DNA of 64,000 nt, taken from assembly GCA_020632075.1 (NCBI GenBank), contig JACKGH010000001.1:195216-259215 (forward strand). The letters are read 5' to 3'. The notes under the pieces are model-generated. The model had not been told where the DNA came from, did not search any database, and saw only the letters and a program-made list of their open reading frames with translations. The stretch is from Candidatus Nomurabacteria bacterium (lineage in GTDB: Bacteria > Patescibacteriota > Minisyncoccia > Phycocordibacterales > UBA918). Made by a program: the position numbers and the translations under genes. Shown here piece by piece: positions 36,028-46,751 of this stretch (the first letter of the stretch is position 1; the number at the start of each line of letters is the position of its first letter).

Positions 36028-38571
36028 ATGCCGTCACCAAAGCAGACAAAAACAGTAAAAAAAACTACTCAAGCTGTAAAGAAAACAGCTAAAAAGTCTG
36101 CTCGCAAGTCAGTGCGAAAAGCAGCTCCAAAGAAAGCGGTTGCTAAAAAAACTGCTGTCAAAAAGGTTGCGTCAAAAAAGAAGAGTGTCCCGCAGCCTAA
36201 GCCTGAAGCAACTGCTAGCGATGCGGTCACATTACCATCAGCTGTGCCTCCAGCAGTGCTTTCAAAAAGCAACAGTATTAGAGAATTCGATCGGGACTTT
36301 CGACATGCTATGTATCTCATAGCTTATGTGAGCTCATTTTGTTTTATGCTTGTTGGCTCAACTATGCTTGCTTCTGGCGTTTTATCAACACACAACCTAG
36401 CACTTAAAGCAGAGACGATCAGCATCAGCACCACAACAGACGGAACGCTCAGTGAACCAACAAATCTTATACCACCACCGCACTTCGACCTCATGTCGCC
36501 GGTGCCAACCGCTGTCGACGAGCCATTCACCATAAAATTCTTGTTGCGTAGCACAGAAAATGTACGAGCATATTTAGTTTCTGCTCCTTTGGATTTCAGA
36601 CATGAACTACCACTCAATGGAGTTACCACAGACACCTATAGCGTACTCATCCCATACGTAGAGCTTGAAAGAGGCTTTTACCGTGTTGTCGTGACCGGTA
36701 AGGCTCTCATTGATAATGAACTAGTCACTTTCGACACTCCAGTATTTGAAGTCGTGATTCCTGAGCCGACACCAGTTGAAGAAGTTGACAATTCTGGCAC
36801 AGGCAATGCTGCAGACGGCACAAGCTCCACTGATGTTTCCACCGACGGCACGGACGCTGACGCTGTTGTACCAGACGTGACTGGCGCGACAGACACTACA
36901 CTCGATGACACTCCGACCACTGATGCTGTTGATACTGTGCAAACCACAGATGACAACGCAACTGGATTGGTAGTAGTTGAAGATGAAGAACCAGCAGACG
37001 AACCAGAACCAGCAAAGCTTGACCTCAGAAAGAATTTCAGTGAGCCAGCTTCAGGCTTTGTGACATTAACTATTGACGCGCCTCTCGATCTCCGTTCCGT
37101 TGAGATATATGCTCGCAACCTCAAGTCAACTGAACGAACATTTGTTTCACTAGCATTCAAATCTACCAGTGGCTGGAAAGTGGTTTTTAATACAAAGAAC
37201 TTTGCTAATGGTGAGTACGAGCTACACGCTGTCACACAAGCTGATGGAGTAAAGATCCTCTCGAACCCCGTTAAGGTAAAAATATACAACGCGCCAACGA
37301 CCGTAACCAACACAGTAACTGAACCAGTGCTTGATGCTGCACTCAAAACAAACGGCACAGAACCAACTTCTGAACCATTTCCTGTTTCTGTCACTGAACC
37401 AAAACTAATCGAAGAACCAAAGGTTCGTGAGTTTATTACTGTTGAAACAGAATCTGAGGACTCAGCGAAAAAAGCAGAGAAACTTTCGACAGAAACATTA
37501 CAACCTCGCACAACAACAAACCCACTAACGCAGGTCGAACGTGACGCGGACACACTCCTGCGAACAAACTCTACCGACCTCAATACATTACTGAAGAACT
37601 ATGCTTCAGCTAAGCAATCAGGTGACCAGATCTTGATCGACGCGGCAAAGAAAGCATTGGCAGAAAAGCGTGAATCACTAATCCAAAACACCGTAGCGTC
37701 TGAGGAGGGAGCTTCTCTTGTGTCGGAACTGAGTGTAAAAGTAACAGAGCGCATCGAAGACCTCCAAAACCGTATCGATACCTTCGAACAACTTAGAAAG
37801 GATCGTTCAGCGGGAGAAACTGCCACTGACAGCGATGGTGATGGTATATCAGATATCGACGAACGTACGCTATACGGCACTGACCCAAATACTAACGACA
37901 GCGATGGTGATGGTATTGCTGACGGTATTGAGATCATGCGTGGATACAACCCAAAGGATGCATCTGCCGAAGCGATCATCGAATTTGAGTCACCAAAAGA
38001 AACGATTGGCGTCGAACGTGAAGAAGAGCTCATCGTGAAGGAAGTTGCGCCTGTTGTAGCAGTGGAAAACAACAACACTGACCGACGGGTACAAACTGAG
38101 ATTCGAGGACAAGCTTTACCAAACAGCATCGTCACTCTATACATCTTTAGCGCTCCGACTGTGGTCACGGTGCGTACTGATGCAGACGGAGCGTTTGTCT
38201 ACACCTTTGACAAGGAGCTTGAGGACGGTGAGCATGATGTGTACGTAGCGGTTACAGACAACGCCGGTGCCATCGTGGCGCAAAGTAAGCCATTTAGGTT
38301 TGTGAAGGAAGCTCAAGCGTTCACACCAGTAGACGCAGCTGAAGCTGGTGTCGTAACCGTTGATTCTGTTACGACCCCAAGCACAAAGCCGTACAATGCC
38401 GTAGTTGGTATGGGCATTCTAGCCTTTGGTATTATCCTACTCATGCTCGGCATCAGCCTTCGAACCAAAGACGAGACAGATACCCCCGACTCATCAGACA
38501 CTAACGATAGTGAGCCTGTCGTCACCGAAGCTCCCGTACTGATTGCACGCAAAGCTGATCAGCCAGCATGA
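36028..38571 (+). CDS. Two-TM envelope protein with histone-H1-like Lys/Ala-rich N-terminus, T/D-rich ectodomain, coiled coil, TSP3-like Ca-binding Asp repeats, Ig-like domain, and C-terminal TM with acidic tail
   Basis: KKTTQAVKKTAKKSARKSVRKAAPKKAVAKKTAVKKVASKKKS, then a TM, then DSDGDGISDIDERTLYGTDPNTNDSDGDGIADGIEI (thrombospondin type-3-like), then the TM AVVGMGILAFGIILLMLGISL. Confidence 0.6.
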   Translation: MPSPKQTKTVKKTTQAVKKTAKKSARKSVRKAAPKKAVAKKTAVKKVASKKKSVPQPKPEATASDAVTLPSAVPPAVLSKSNSIREFDRDFRHAMYLIAYVSSFCFMLVGSTMLASGVLSTHNLALKAETISISTTTDGTLSEPTNLIPPPHFDLMSPVPTAVDEPFTIKFLLRSTENVRAYLVSAPLDFRHELPLNGVTTDTYSVLIPYVELERGFYRVVVTGKALIDNELVTFDTPVFEVVIPEPTPVEEVDNSGTGNAADGTSSTDVSTDGTDADAVVPDVTGATDTTLDDTPTTDAVDTVQTTDDNATGLVVVEDEEPADEPEPAKLDLRKNFSEPASGFVTLTIDAPLDLRSVEIYARNLKSTERTFVSLAFKSTSGWKVVFNTKNFANGEYELHAVTQADGVKILSNPVKVKIYNAPTTVTNTVTEPVLDAALKTNGTEPTSEPFPVSVTEPKLIEEPKVREFITVETESEDSAKKAEKLSTETLQPRTTTNPLTQVERDADTLLRTNSTDLNTLLKNYASAKQSGDQILIDAAKKALAEKRESLIQNTVASEEGASLVSELSVKVTERIEDLQNRIDTFEQLRKDRSAGETATDSDGDGISDIDERTLYGTDPNTNDSDGDGIADGIEIMRGYNPKDASAEAIIEFESPKETIGVEREEELIVKEVAPVVAVENNNTDRRVQTEIRGQALPNSIVTLYIFSAPTVVTVRTDADGAFVYTFDKELEDGEHDVYVAVTDNAGAIVAQSKPFRFVKEAQAFTPVDAAEAGVVTVDSVTTPSTKPYNAVVGMGILAFGIILLMLGISLRTKDETDTPDSSDTNDSEPVVTEAPVLIARKADQPA

Positions 38572-39908
38572 TCTCAGAAACACTCACTGTCCTTGAACGA
38601 GGACTGAAGATCATGAAGTCAAACTCACGAATGGTGCTCGTTGCCATTTTAGTATTCGTGTTTCCACTGATCTTCGTATGGGTGACACAAAATTTCTTCG
38701 CAACAGCATACGACAACATCGACACCGCTGAAAAGAAGCGAGTTGCGATGCTGCACGACACTATTGCTGCAGTCTTGCAGACACCAGGATACCAGGATGA
38801 GCTTTTAAGCAATCTCATCAATTACTACGGTGCAGAAAATCCAGATATTACTAAGGTTAGAATCCTTAAAGTCACTGAGAGTGGTTTACTTATCACACAC
38901 GCACTACGTGAAGACCTGATCAATAGTTACGATGAGTCCACCGCTACATTTGAAACGCTTCCGGGTGCAGTTAAAAGTGGCCCCGTTATTGTGCCACTGC
39001 AAATTGACGGTGTTCGTGTCTGGCAAGTCTTCAGGCAAGTGCAGACCGATACAGTCGATTACTATGTCTTTTCAGAACATAGCTTCAGCATGATCGATGC
39101 GGTAATGGCTGCTCGACGACAAGAATCCTACTATGGACTTACCGCAATATTCTTATTTTTGATCGCGCTCGCATATTGGATCAACCGCCAAACGCACTGG
39201 AGCGTTGAACACAGCAAACTACAGACTCAACTACGAGACCGAGACCTCTTCTCCAACATGATCGCACATGAGTTCCGCGCACCGCTCACTGCCATTAAGG
39301 GCTATGCGAGTTTCTTGCAAGAATCTGAGTCAATTGAGGCAACAGACAAACGCTATGTGAGTAACATTCGAACTTCAGCTGAACGATTAGTAGCACTCGT
39401 TAATGACTTCCTTGAAGTGGCTCGTCTGCAATCTGGAAAAATGGATCTACAAATGGAGACGATCGACGTCAGAAAGGTAGTGATCGCAGTGGCAGAAGAC
39501 TTGAAGCCAACAGCTACAGAAAAGGGATTATCTCTAACGTACAAGCCAGGAACTAAGCCACTCCCAGTCTCTACGGACAAGAATCGACTCACTCAAGTTC
39601 TGATCAACATCGTAAATAACGCTATCAAGTACACAAATGAAGGATCAGTTGAATTAAGCGTCCAAGAAGAAAGAGAGCGAGTGATCATACGTGTCATGGA
39701 CACCGGTATGGGCATCAGTGCAGAAGACCAGAAAAAGCTGTTTGCTCCATTCGAACGAGTCGGAAATGTCGAACAAACTGCCACAACGGGAACTGGTCTT
39801 GGTATGTACATTACAAAAAAGCTTATTGAGCTTTTGGGTGGCACTATCGGTGTCGAGTCTATCAAGGGAGTCGGTTCACATATCGTACTGTCCTTGCCGC
39901 TAGAGTAA
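38568..39908 (+). CDS. Sensor histidine kinase (2 TM, periplasmic sensor, HisKA + HATPase_c)
   Basis: H-box [17 protein letters not shown]-box [11 protein letters not shown]-boxes DTGMGIS and [10 protein letters not shown]. Overlaps the upstream gene by 4 nt. Confidence 0.85.
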   Translation: MISETLTVLERGLKIMKSNSRMVLVAILVFVFPLIFVWVTQNFFATAYDNIDTAEKKRVAMLHDTIAAVLQTPGYQDELLSNLINYYGAENPDITKVRILKVTESGLLITHALREDLINSYDESTATFETLPGAVKSGPVIVPLQIDGVRVWQVFRQVQTDTVDYYVFSEHSFSMIDAVMAARRQESYYGLTAIFLFLIALAYWINRQTHWSVEHSKLQTQLRDRDLFSNMIAHEFRAPLTAIKGYASFLQESESIEATDKRYVSNIRTSAERLVALVNDFLEVARLQSGKMDLQMETIDVRKVVIAVAEDLKPTATEKGLSLTYKPGTKPLPVSTDKNRLTQVLINIVNNAIKYTNEGSVELSVQEERERVIIRVMDTGMGISAEDQKKLFAPFERVGNVEQTATTGTGLGMYITKKLIELLGGTIGVESIKGVGSHIVLSLPLE

Positions 39909-39971
39909 TTGCACCTAAGTCCAGTATCTGTATAATGACCAATACCAACCTTCGCCCACACGCGGAGGCCT

Positions 39972-42629
39972 ATGTATATGCCTACACCAAAGAAAAAACC
40001 ACAGACTAAGACCAAATGGGAGGAAGGAAACAGCGTCGATGGCGGGAAGATCATTGTACGTGGCGCGCGCACCCACAACCTCAAGAACATTGATGTCGAG
40101 ATGCCACGTGGCAAAATGATCGCTATCACCGGCCCCTCTGGTTCCGGTAAGTCATCGCTTGCATTTGATACTATTTTTGCCGAAGGACAGCGCCGGTATG
40201 TCGAGTCACTTTCGCCGTATGCACGACAGTTTCTTAACAAAATGCAGAAGCCTGATGTTGATGAGATCTCTGGTCTCTCACCAGCTATTTCAATCGACCA
40301 AAAATCTGCCTCACGCAACCCACGATCAACTGTCGCAACTATCACTGAGATCTACGACTATCTTCGTATCGTCTATGCGCGCATTGGACAACCATACTGT
40401 ATCGACGTCGATGTACCGATCCAAAAGCTCTCACAAGACGAGATCCTCGGCATTGTACTTAAGTCTATCGAAGACAGGGAAGTGAAGGCAGCAACCAAGA
40501 AGCAGTCAGAAAAAGTCCTCGGTATCGAGGTTTCAAAAGGCCGTGTCTCGATCTTTGCGCCGGTGGTGGTTGGTCGAAAGGGTGAATACTACCAGATGCT
40601 CTACGATCTGCTCGGCAAGGGATATGAAACAGTGAAAATCGATGGGGAAGTGAAGCAGCTCCGCGAGAAGATCGTACTCACCAAAACCAAACGACACGAC
40701 ATCGATGTCCTGATCGACGAGATCTATGTCAGTGAATTCACCGACGATCCAAAAGGCTCACGAGAGCGCCTCTCAGAGGCCGTAGAATTGGCTCTGATGG
40801 AAGCAAATGGCATGGTCAAGATCGAAAGTCCAGACGGCTCAGAACGCACACTTTCAGCCAAGTTCACCTGTCCGGTAGACGGATCATCCTTCCCAGAAGT
40901 AGAGCCACGTCTCTTTTCATTCAACTCACCATACGGAGCATGTCCCGAATGTAACGGTCTCGGGGTGGTTGGCATTTTCCAGTCAGACGAATGTCCGGTG
41001 TGTAACGGTGCCCGTCTCCGTAAGGAAGCACTTCGCGTGTACCTTGGTGGCGATGACAAGAAAGATCTCGGAGTGAACATCGTAGACTTCACCAAACTTA
41101 CAGTAAGTGAAGCAGCGAACTTCGTTGCAAATCTCAAGCTCAGCAAGAAGCAAGAGGAAATTGCCTGGCCAGCACTACGTGAGGTGATCGAGCGACTGGA
41201 CTTCATGAAGGATGTAGGTATCGAGTACCTCACGCTTGATCGCCGCGCGAATACACTTTCAGGTGGCGAAGCACAGCGTATCCGACTCGCCTCGCAGCTT
41301 GGTTCTGGGCTTGTAGGCGCACTCTACGTACTCGACGAACCATCGATTGGACTTCACCAGCGTGATAACGACAAGCTGATCAAAACGCTTCAGGAACTAC
41401 GCGATCTCGGCAATACCATCGTGGTAGTAGAACACGATGAGGACACGATCTATGCTTCAGATTATCTGGTGGATATCGGCCCGGGTGCTGGTGTGCACGG
41501 CGGTAGTGTGATCGTCGCTGATCATCTCGATAAGCTGCTGAGTGCAAAAACGAATCAATCAAAGTCGATCACGCTCGACTACCTTCGCGGTGATAAAAAG
41601 ATCGAAGTTCCTGAACGGCGTACGAGTGAAAAGGGAAAGATTCAGATCAAAGGCGGAAAAGCCTTCAACATTAAGAACATGAATGTCGACGTGCCACTCG
41701 GTCGTTTTGTGTGTATCACTGGGGTGTCGGGTTCTGGAAAGTCGACTTTCATGTACGAAATTCTTGACCGCAATCTCAAGGCTCGGCTCGAGAAGCGCTA
41801 CCGCACCGCCAAGACCTTCAACTGCTCATCGATCACTGGCACTGAGTACCTTGGTCGTTCGATCTTGATCGACCAATCTCCAATCGGTCGCACGCCACGC
41901 TCAAACCCAGCTACGTACACTGGGGCTTTTACACATATCCGTGATCTCTTTGCTGCCACCAGTGAAGCTCGAGCGCGCGGTTGGAAACCGGGACGTTTTA
42001 GCTTCAACGTAAAAGGAGGACGTTGTGAAGCCTGTCAGGGCAATGGAGTAATTGCAGTTGAAATGCACTTCTTGCCAACCGTGTATGTAACTTGTGATGT
42101 CTGTGATGGTACGCGCTTCACCAAGGAAACCCTCGAGGTGTACTACAAGGGTAAAAATATTCACGACGTGCTCCACATGACCATTGAGGATGCGCATGAG
42201 TTCTATATTGACGTGCCTGCGATTCAGGAGCGTTTGAAATCACTACTCGATGTTGGCCTTGGGTACTTAGAGCTTGGTCAAAGTGCTACAACACTCTCGG
42301 GCGGGGAAGCGCAACGCGTAAAAATCGCCTCTGAGCTTTATCGGCCACATACGCAAAAAAGTATCTACTTACTCGACGAACCAACTGTGGGTCTGCACTA
42401 CGAGGACGTCAAAAAGCTTATCGAGATTCTCCAACAGCTGGTAAACCACGGCAATACCGTGGTAGTGATCGAACACAACCTCGACTTTATTAAGAGCGCT
42501 GACTACATCATTGATATCGGTCCTGAAGGCGGTGCTGGCGGCGGTCAAATCGTCGCAAAAGGCACACCAGAAGAAGTGGCTGAAAACGAGAAGTCACACA
42601 CAGGACGATACTTAAAGAAGATATTGTAA
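39972..42629 (+). CDS. uvrA: Excinuclease ABC subunit A
   Basis: Two ABC modules ([22 protein letters not shown]), zinc-finger Cys clusters, two LSGGEAQR signatures. Confidence 0.95.
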   Translation: MYMPTPKKKPQTKTKWEEGNSVDGGKIIVRGARTHNLKNIDVEMPRGKMIAITGPSGSGKSSLAFDTIFAEGQRRYVESLSPYARQFLNKMQKPDVDEISGLSPAISIDQKSASRNPRSTVATITEIYDYLRIVYARIGQPYCIDVDVPIQKLSQDEILGIVLKSIEDREVKAATKKQSEKVLGIEVSKGRVSIFAPVVVGRKGEYYQMLYDLLGKGYETVKIDGEVKQLREKIVLTKTKRHDIDVLIDEIYVSEFTDDPKGSRERLSEAVELALMEANGMVKIESPDGSERTLSAKFTCPVDGSSFPEVEPRLFSFNSPYGACPECNGLGVVGIFQSDECPVCNGARLRKEALRVYLGGDDKKDLGVNIVDFTKLTVSEAANFVANLKLSKKQEEIAWPALREVIERLDFMKDVGIEYLTLDRRANTLSGGEAQRIRLASQLGSGLVGALYVLDEPSIGLHQRDNDKLIKTLQELRDLGNTIVVVEHDEDTIYASDYLVDIGPGAGVHGGSVIVADHLDKLLSAKTNQSKSITLDYLRGDKKIEVPERRTSEKGKIQIKGGKAFNIKNMNVDVPLGRFVCITGVSGSGKSTFMYEILDRNLKARLEKRYRTAKTFNCSSITGTEYLGRSILIDQSPIGRTPRSNPATYTGAFTHIRDLFAATSEARARGWKPGRFSFNVKGGRCEACQGNGVIAVEMHFLPTVYVTCDVCDGTRFTKETLEVYYKGKNIHDVLHMTIEDAHEFYIDVPAIQERLKSLLDVGLGYLELGQSATTLSGGEAQRVKIASELYRPHTQKSIYLLDEPTVGLHYEDVKKLIEILQQLVNHGNTVVVIEHNLDFIKSADYIIDIGPEGGAGGGQIVAKGTPEEVAENEKSHTGRYLKKIL

Positions 42630-42630
42630 A

Positions 42631-42663
42631 AAGAAAAAAGCGGCCACAGTTGTGGCCGCTTTG
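42631..42663. terminator. Bidirectional rho-independent terminator (GCGGCCAC / GTGGCCGC flanked by an A-run and a T-run) between convergent uvrA and a minus-strand gene
   Basis: AAGAAAAAAGCGGCCACAGTTGTGGCCGCTTTG. Confidence 0.75.
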
Positions 42664-42676
42664 AATATGCGGGACA

Positions 42677-43045
42677 TCACGCCAAGCTTGCTCGTTCACC
42701 GAGAGAACCGGGAGCAGCATTTTCTTGCTCGAGTTCGACGATCACTTGCTGGATCAACCGCAAAGCCTCCTTTGCAACCAGCAACTCGTCCCAGCGCGGA
42801 TCATTCGATCCGATTGGAGGCTGAGTCACTGTCAACCCATAAGGATTGCCCGGGGTCGGTAGCGACACACCACTGTCTTTAGGGTATTCACCGTAGAAGA
42901 AGTGGAAGACATGCATCCAGAAACCATGCTCATGAACGTTTTTCTTGTTCATAAGTTGACGGTTTTGAAGCAAGAACTCTCGCAGCTGTTTCTTGGTTTC
43001 GTCCTGCAATTTTCTCTTTTTCTCCTTTGCTATCCTCGTAGTCAT
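42677..43045 (-). CDS. Hypothetical protein (122 aa)
   Basis: Only sizeable ORF in this interval. Reads toward the bidirectional terminator. No family recognised. Confidence 0.45.
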   Translation of the reverse strand: MTTRIAKEKKRKLQDETKKQLREFLLQNRQLMNKKNVHEHGFWMHVFHFFYGEYPKDSGVSLPTPGNPYGLTVTQPPIGSNDPRWDELLVAKEALRLIQQVIVELEQENAAPGSLGERASLA

Positions 43046-43144
43046 CGTGCACCTCCGTAACTACGCTGCAGATTCAATTTTGAGTAACTGTTCTAGACTT
43101 TAATTGTAGCAGCTTCTGCAAAAAATTATGGCAGTTATGCACCT

Positions 43145-44407
43145 GTGATGACATCTGCTATAGTCATTTCTATGAATAAGGAAAGCCTGCAAAAGAAAAA
43201 ACTGCCAGATACGCCAGGTGTGTACTTCTTTCTAGGCGCCCGAAAAAAGATTCTCTACATAGGCAAGGCAACCTCACTACGCAATCGAGTACGCAGCTAC
43301 TTTACTGACGATATCAAGGAAAAACGCTCTGAACTGATTGAGAAAATGGTAGCCGAAGCCAAGACGGTTGAATGGACAGAAACGGACAGCGTGCTCGAAG
43401 CACTTATTCTCGAGACCAACCTCATCCGTACCCACAAACCGCACTACAATACCCGAAGCAAGGATGATAAAAGCTACAACCATCTTGTGATCACCAACGA
43501 GGAGTGGCCGCGTGTGCTGGTGGTGCGAGGTAAAGACCTGACAGAATCCTTTACTGAGAAAGAGATAAAGTATGAGTTCGGGCCATTTCCGAGCGGGATG
43601 TTATTTCGCGAAGCACTCAAGATCGTACGTCGACTGTTTAAATTTTACGATACTAAAGCACCCGTCGGAAAAGAGAAGACAAAGCTAGCGAAAGGACGGA
43701 TCGACTTCAACCGACAGATCGGACTCTATCCTGACCAACAATCTAAAACTGAGTACCGCAAGACGATCCGCCACATCAAACTCTTTTTTCAAGGAAAGAA
43801 GCAGCTAGTCATCAAAGAACTCGAGAAAGAGATGATGCAGCTTGCAAAAGCTGAGAGGTTCGAGAAAGCTCAAGTGATCAAGGGTCGTATTTTTGCGCTG
43901 CAGCACATTCAAGATATTGCCCTCATCAAAGATGACTCTCGTGTCTACCGCGACGAAAAACGCATCAGGATCGAAGCCTATGACATTGCACATTTACAGG
44001 GGACAGATATGGTGGGGGTGATGACCGTGGTGGAAGGCGGCGAGCCAGCCAAGAGTGAGTATCGGCAATTTAAGATCAGGACGCTCGACGACGCGAACGA
44101 TCCAGCAGCACTCAGTGAAGTGCTGGCTCGCCGCCTCAAGCACCCCGAATGGCCATTTCCACAACTGATCGTGGTCGACGGCTCAACGGCGCAGAAAAAT
44201 GCAGCAGAACGCACCTTGAAAGCCACTGGCTTTCATATTCCAGTAGTGGCGGTCGTCAAAGACGACCGCCACAAACCGATCCGCCTAATCGGCCAGAAGA
44301 GCCTCCTAGAGCTTCACCAGCAATCCATCCTCCTAGCCAATGCAGAATCACACCGTTTTGCAGTGAACTTCCATCGTGCTAGGCGCAGTAAAAAACTTCG
44401 CTCGTAA
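43145..44407 (+). CDS. uvrC: Excinuclease ABC subunit C, short form lacking C-terminal HhH domains
   Basis: GIY-YIG (GVYFFLGARKKILYIGKATSLRNRV), UVR domain (AERFEKAQVIKGRIFAL), RNaseH-like endonuclease region (IEAYDIAHLQGTDMVGVMTVV...YRQFKIR). Ends at 420 aa. Confidence 0.8.
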   Translation: MMTSAIVISMNKESLQKKKLPDTPGVYFFLGARKKILYIGKATSLRNRVRSYFTDDIKEKRSELIEKMVAEAKTVEWTETDSVLEALILETNLIRTHKPHYNTRSKDDKSYNHLVITNEEWPRVLVVRGKDLTESFTEKEIKYEFGPFPSGMLFREALKIVRRLFKFYDTKAPVGKEKTKLAKGRIDFNRQIGLYPDQQSKTEYRKTIRHIKLFFQGKKQLVIKELEKEMMQLAKAERFEKAQVIKGRIFALQHIQDIALIKDDSRVYRDEKRIRIEAYDIAHLQGTDMVGVMTVVEGGEPAKSEYRQFKIRTLDDANDPAALSEVLARRLKHPEWPFPQLIVVDGSTAQKNAAERTLKATGFHIPVVAVVKDDRHKPIRLIGQKSLLELHQQSILLANAESHRFAVNFHRARRSKKLRS

Positions 44408-44443
44408 CCAATCTGCTATACTGTCGGTTCTAATGCAGTAACT

Positions 44444-45343
44444 ATGAGTACAAAAGACATGACAATCGGATTTATCGGGCAAGGCTGGATCGGTAAGCAT
44501 TATGCGGACGACTTTGAGCGACGCGGCTACAAGACCGTACGCTATGCCCTAGAAGAACCATACCGCGAAAATAAAGATAAGATCGCAAGCTGTGAAGTGA
44601 CACTCATTGCAGTACCAACCCCAACCACTCCAGACGGTTTTGACGATTCGATCCTCCGTGATTCACTAAGCAACATTGGCAAAGGCAAGACGGCAGTCAT
44701 CAAATCAACCACTTTACCGGGTGTAGTTGAAGAGCTCCAAGACGCCTTCCCAGACATCATTGTGCTCCACAGCCCAGAATTCCTTGCCGAGAAGACTGCG
44801 GCCTACGATGCCTCAAACCCAAATCGTAACATCGTCGGCATTCCAAAGGACACTCCTGAACACAAGCGAGCTGCTCAGACTGTACTGGAAGTACTTCCAA
44901 ATGCACCATACGAGACCATCATGACCTCTCGCGAGTCCGAACTCGTAAAGTACGCTGGTAACTGTTTCTTGTATACAAAGGTGATCTTCATGAACACGCT
45001 ATATGATGCAGTCACCAAAGCTGGTGGAGACTTTGAAGTGGTTCGGCGTGCCCTTATTCACGATCCGCGCGTAGGAGAAAGTCATACTAAGCCGATCCAC
45101 ACGAGCGGTCACATTAACCAAGCAGACGAAGTACAACGTGGCGCAGGCGGCCATTGTTTCATCAAGGATTTTGAGGCCTTTCGCCGTTTCTACGAAACAA
45201 TTGCTGGTGATGAAGCTGGACACGCAATGCTTACCAAAATGGCTGAGTACAACAATGCACTTCTGCGAAAGTCACAAAAGGACCTCGATCTTCTCGAGGG
45301 TGTCTATGGGAGTGGAGTGCTTGATCACGAGCACAAGCTCTAG
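44444..45343 (+). CDS. Short NAD-binding nucleotide-sugar dehydrogenase-like protein (UDP-glucose/GDP-mannose dehydrogenase family-like)
   Basis: Rossmann motif IGFIGQGWIG. LHSPEFLAEKTA resembles the UDPGDH central NPEFLREG motif. Too short for a canonical UDPGDH. Confidence 0.5.
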   Translation: MSTKDMTIGFIGQGWIGKHYADDFERRGYKTVRYALEEPYRENKDKIASCEVTLIAVPTPTTPDGFDDSILRDSLSNIGKGKTAVIKSTTLPGVVEELQDAFPDIIVLHSPEFLAEKTAAYDASNPNRNIVGIPKDTPEHKRAAQTVLEVLPNAPYETIMTSRESELVKYAGNCFLYTKVIFMNTLYDAVTKAGGDFEVVRRALIHDPRVGESHTKPIHTSGHINQADEVQRGAGGHCFIKDFEAFRRFYETIAGDEAGHAMLTKMAEYNNALLRKSQKDLDLLEGVYGSGVLDHEHKL

Positions 45344-45364
45344 TGCTATACTTTACATATAGTT

Positions 45365-46327
45365 ATGAAAAGAGTTGCAGTACTTCGAGGCGGCCCGAGT
45401 GAAGAATATGCTGTCTCAATGGAAACAGGAAAGGGGGTTTTAAATGCGCTTCGCGGCCTCCAATATCCAACGAGAGATATAGTTATCACAAGGCAAGGTG
45501 AATGGCTGTACGACGGTATTGTACGCACCCCACAACAGCTCCTTGAGGGTATTGATGTCGTTTTTATTGCGCTACATGGACACTACGGAGAAGATGGGCA
45601 AGTGCAGCGTATTTTAGAGCGAAACAATATTCCATTCACCGGCAGCCGCTCTCTACCTTCAGCGATCGCATTCAACAAAGAACTCACCAAGCGAACCCTA
45701 CAGTCGCACGGTATCGCCATGCCAAGACATCGTCGCTTTGGGCGTGAAGAGGTAGACAATATTGCAGAAGCGGTTCCACAGATCGTCAGCGACATTGGAA
45801 AAGAGCTTTTTGTAAAGCCTATCGCAAGCGGATCCTCTGTTGGCGCTTACTATGTACCTAATCAGGAACGCCTTCATACAGTCCTTGAAGAACTCTTACA
45901 ACAACACGAGCAGGTTCTTATTGAAGAATTTATTCGTGGTCGAGAGGCGACAGTCGGTGTGCTTAACGATTTTCGTAATGAGTCTCTCTACATACTTCCA
46001 GTTGTGGAGATCGTTCCGCCAAACGGTAAACCGCTCTTTTCTTACGATGATAAATACAATGGACAAACTGAAGAGATAGTCCCAGGCAGATTCACCTACC
46101 ACGAGAAATCAAAGCTCGGCGAGATAGCTGCACTGGTGCACGATGTGATCGAGTGTCAAAACTACTCACGAAGTGACTTCATCGTACGCAACGGCGAAGT
46201 CTACTTCCTTGAGGTAAATACGCTTCCAGGACTCACATCTGAATCACTATTCCCAAAGGCAGCTGCTGCCATTGGTCTTGAGTACCCTCAGCTGATCCAG
46301 CATCTGGTCGAAACTGCACAAGTGTAG
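45365..46327 (+). CDS. ddl: D-alanine--D-alanine ligase
   Basis: N-terminal VAVLRGGPSEEYAVS, ATP-grasp motifs, C-terminal EVNTLPGLT. Confidence 0.85.
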   Translation: MKRVAVLRGGPSEEYAVSMETGKGVLNALRGLQYPTRDIVITRQGEWLYDGIVRTPQQLLEGIDVVFIALHGHYGEDGQVQRILERNNIPFTGSRSLPSAIAFNKELTKRTLQSHGIAMPRHRRFGREEVDNIAEAVPQIVSDIGKELFVKPIASGSSVGAYYVPNQERLHTVLEELLQQHEQVLIEEFIRGREATVGVLNDFRNESLYILPVVEIVPPNGKPLFSYDDKYNGQTEEIVPGRFTYHEKSKLGEIAALVHDVIECQNYSRSDFIVRNGEVYFLEVNTLPGLTSESLFPKAAAAIGLEYPQLIQHLVETAQV

Positions 46328-46336
46328 TAAAACGCC

Positions 46337-46365
46337 TTGACTTACAGAGGAGGGGACAGTAATAT
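46337..46365 (+). promoter_or_regulatory. Near-consensus sigma70 promoter TTGACT-N17-TAATAT
   Basis: Exact hexamers and spacing, read from the sequence 10 nt after the ddl stop. Drives the ~180-nt region leading to tRNA-Ala(TGC). Confidence 0.45.
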
Positions 46366-46473
46366 AGTGCGCACTTGAGGAGGTAGTGGCCAGTAAGCAA
46401 AGCTTTCTGCCCCTGCGTTCACAGGTATCATGCTCAGATGTGTACGCAAGCAAAGCTTGCTAAAACAAATTCT

Positions 46474-46511
46474 GGTGCAAAAATTAAATGCGAGCATTGA
46501 ATTTTTGCACC
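46474..46511 (+). promoter_or_regulatory. Perfect 12-bp inverted repeat GGTGCAAAAATT-N14-AATTTTTGCACC, followed by TTTGTTTTT, ~40 nt upstream of tRNA-Ala
   Basis: Read directly from the sequence. Could be an operator or an RNA hairpin/terminator. Confidence 0.45.
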
Positions 46512-46548
46512 ATAATTTGTTTTTCATCTAAGCATTCCCAATTCACTT

Positions 46549-46622
46549 GGGCCAGTAGCTCAGTTGGCTAGAGCGCCTCATTTGCACTGAGGAGGCCGGG
46601 GGTTCGAGTCCTCTCTGGTCCA
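46549..46622 (+). tRNA. tRNA-Ala (anticodon TGC)
   Basis: Cloverleaf: acceptor GGGCCAG/CTGGTCC with a G3:U70 pair, D-stem GCTC/GAGC, anticodon stem CCTCA/TGAGG, loop TTTGCAC, T-loop TTCGAGT (T-stem has two G:U pairs), discriminator A. CCA is not encoded. Confidence 0.8.
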
Positions 46623-46634
46623 CATATTCGAAAA

Positions 46635-46664
46635 CTGTCACAGCTTGTCTGTGGCAGTTTTTGG
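46635..46664 (+). terminator. Rho-independent terminator after tRNA-Ala (CTGTCACAG / CTGTGGCAG, then TTTTTGG)
   Basis: Hairpin plus U-tract 13 nt after the tRNA 3' end. Confidence 0.7.
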
Positions 46665-46751
46665 ATATGTGCTAGAGGACTCGAAAAGGTTAGTCAGATA
46701 TTTTGGAGCTTGCGAACAAAATATCGACAACCTGCACAGATTCTGTAAGAA

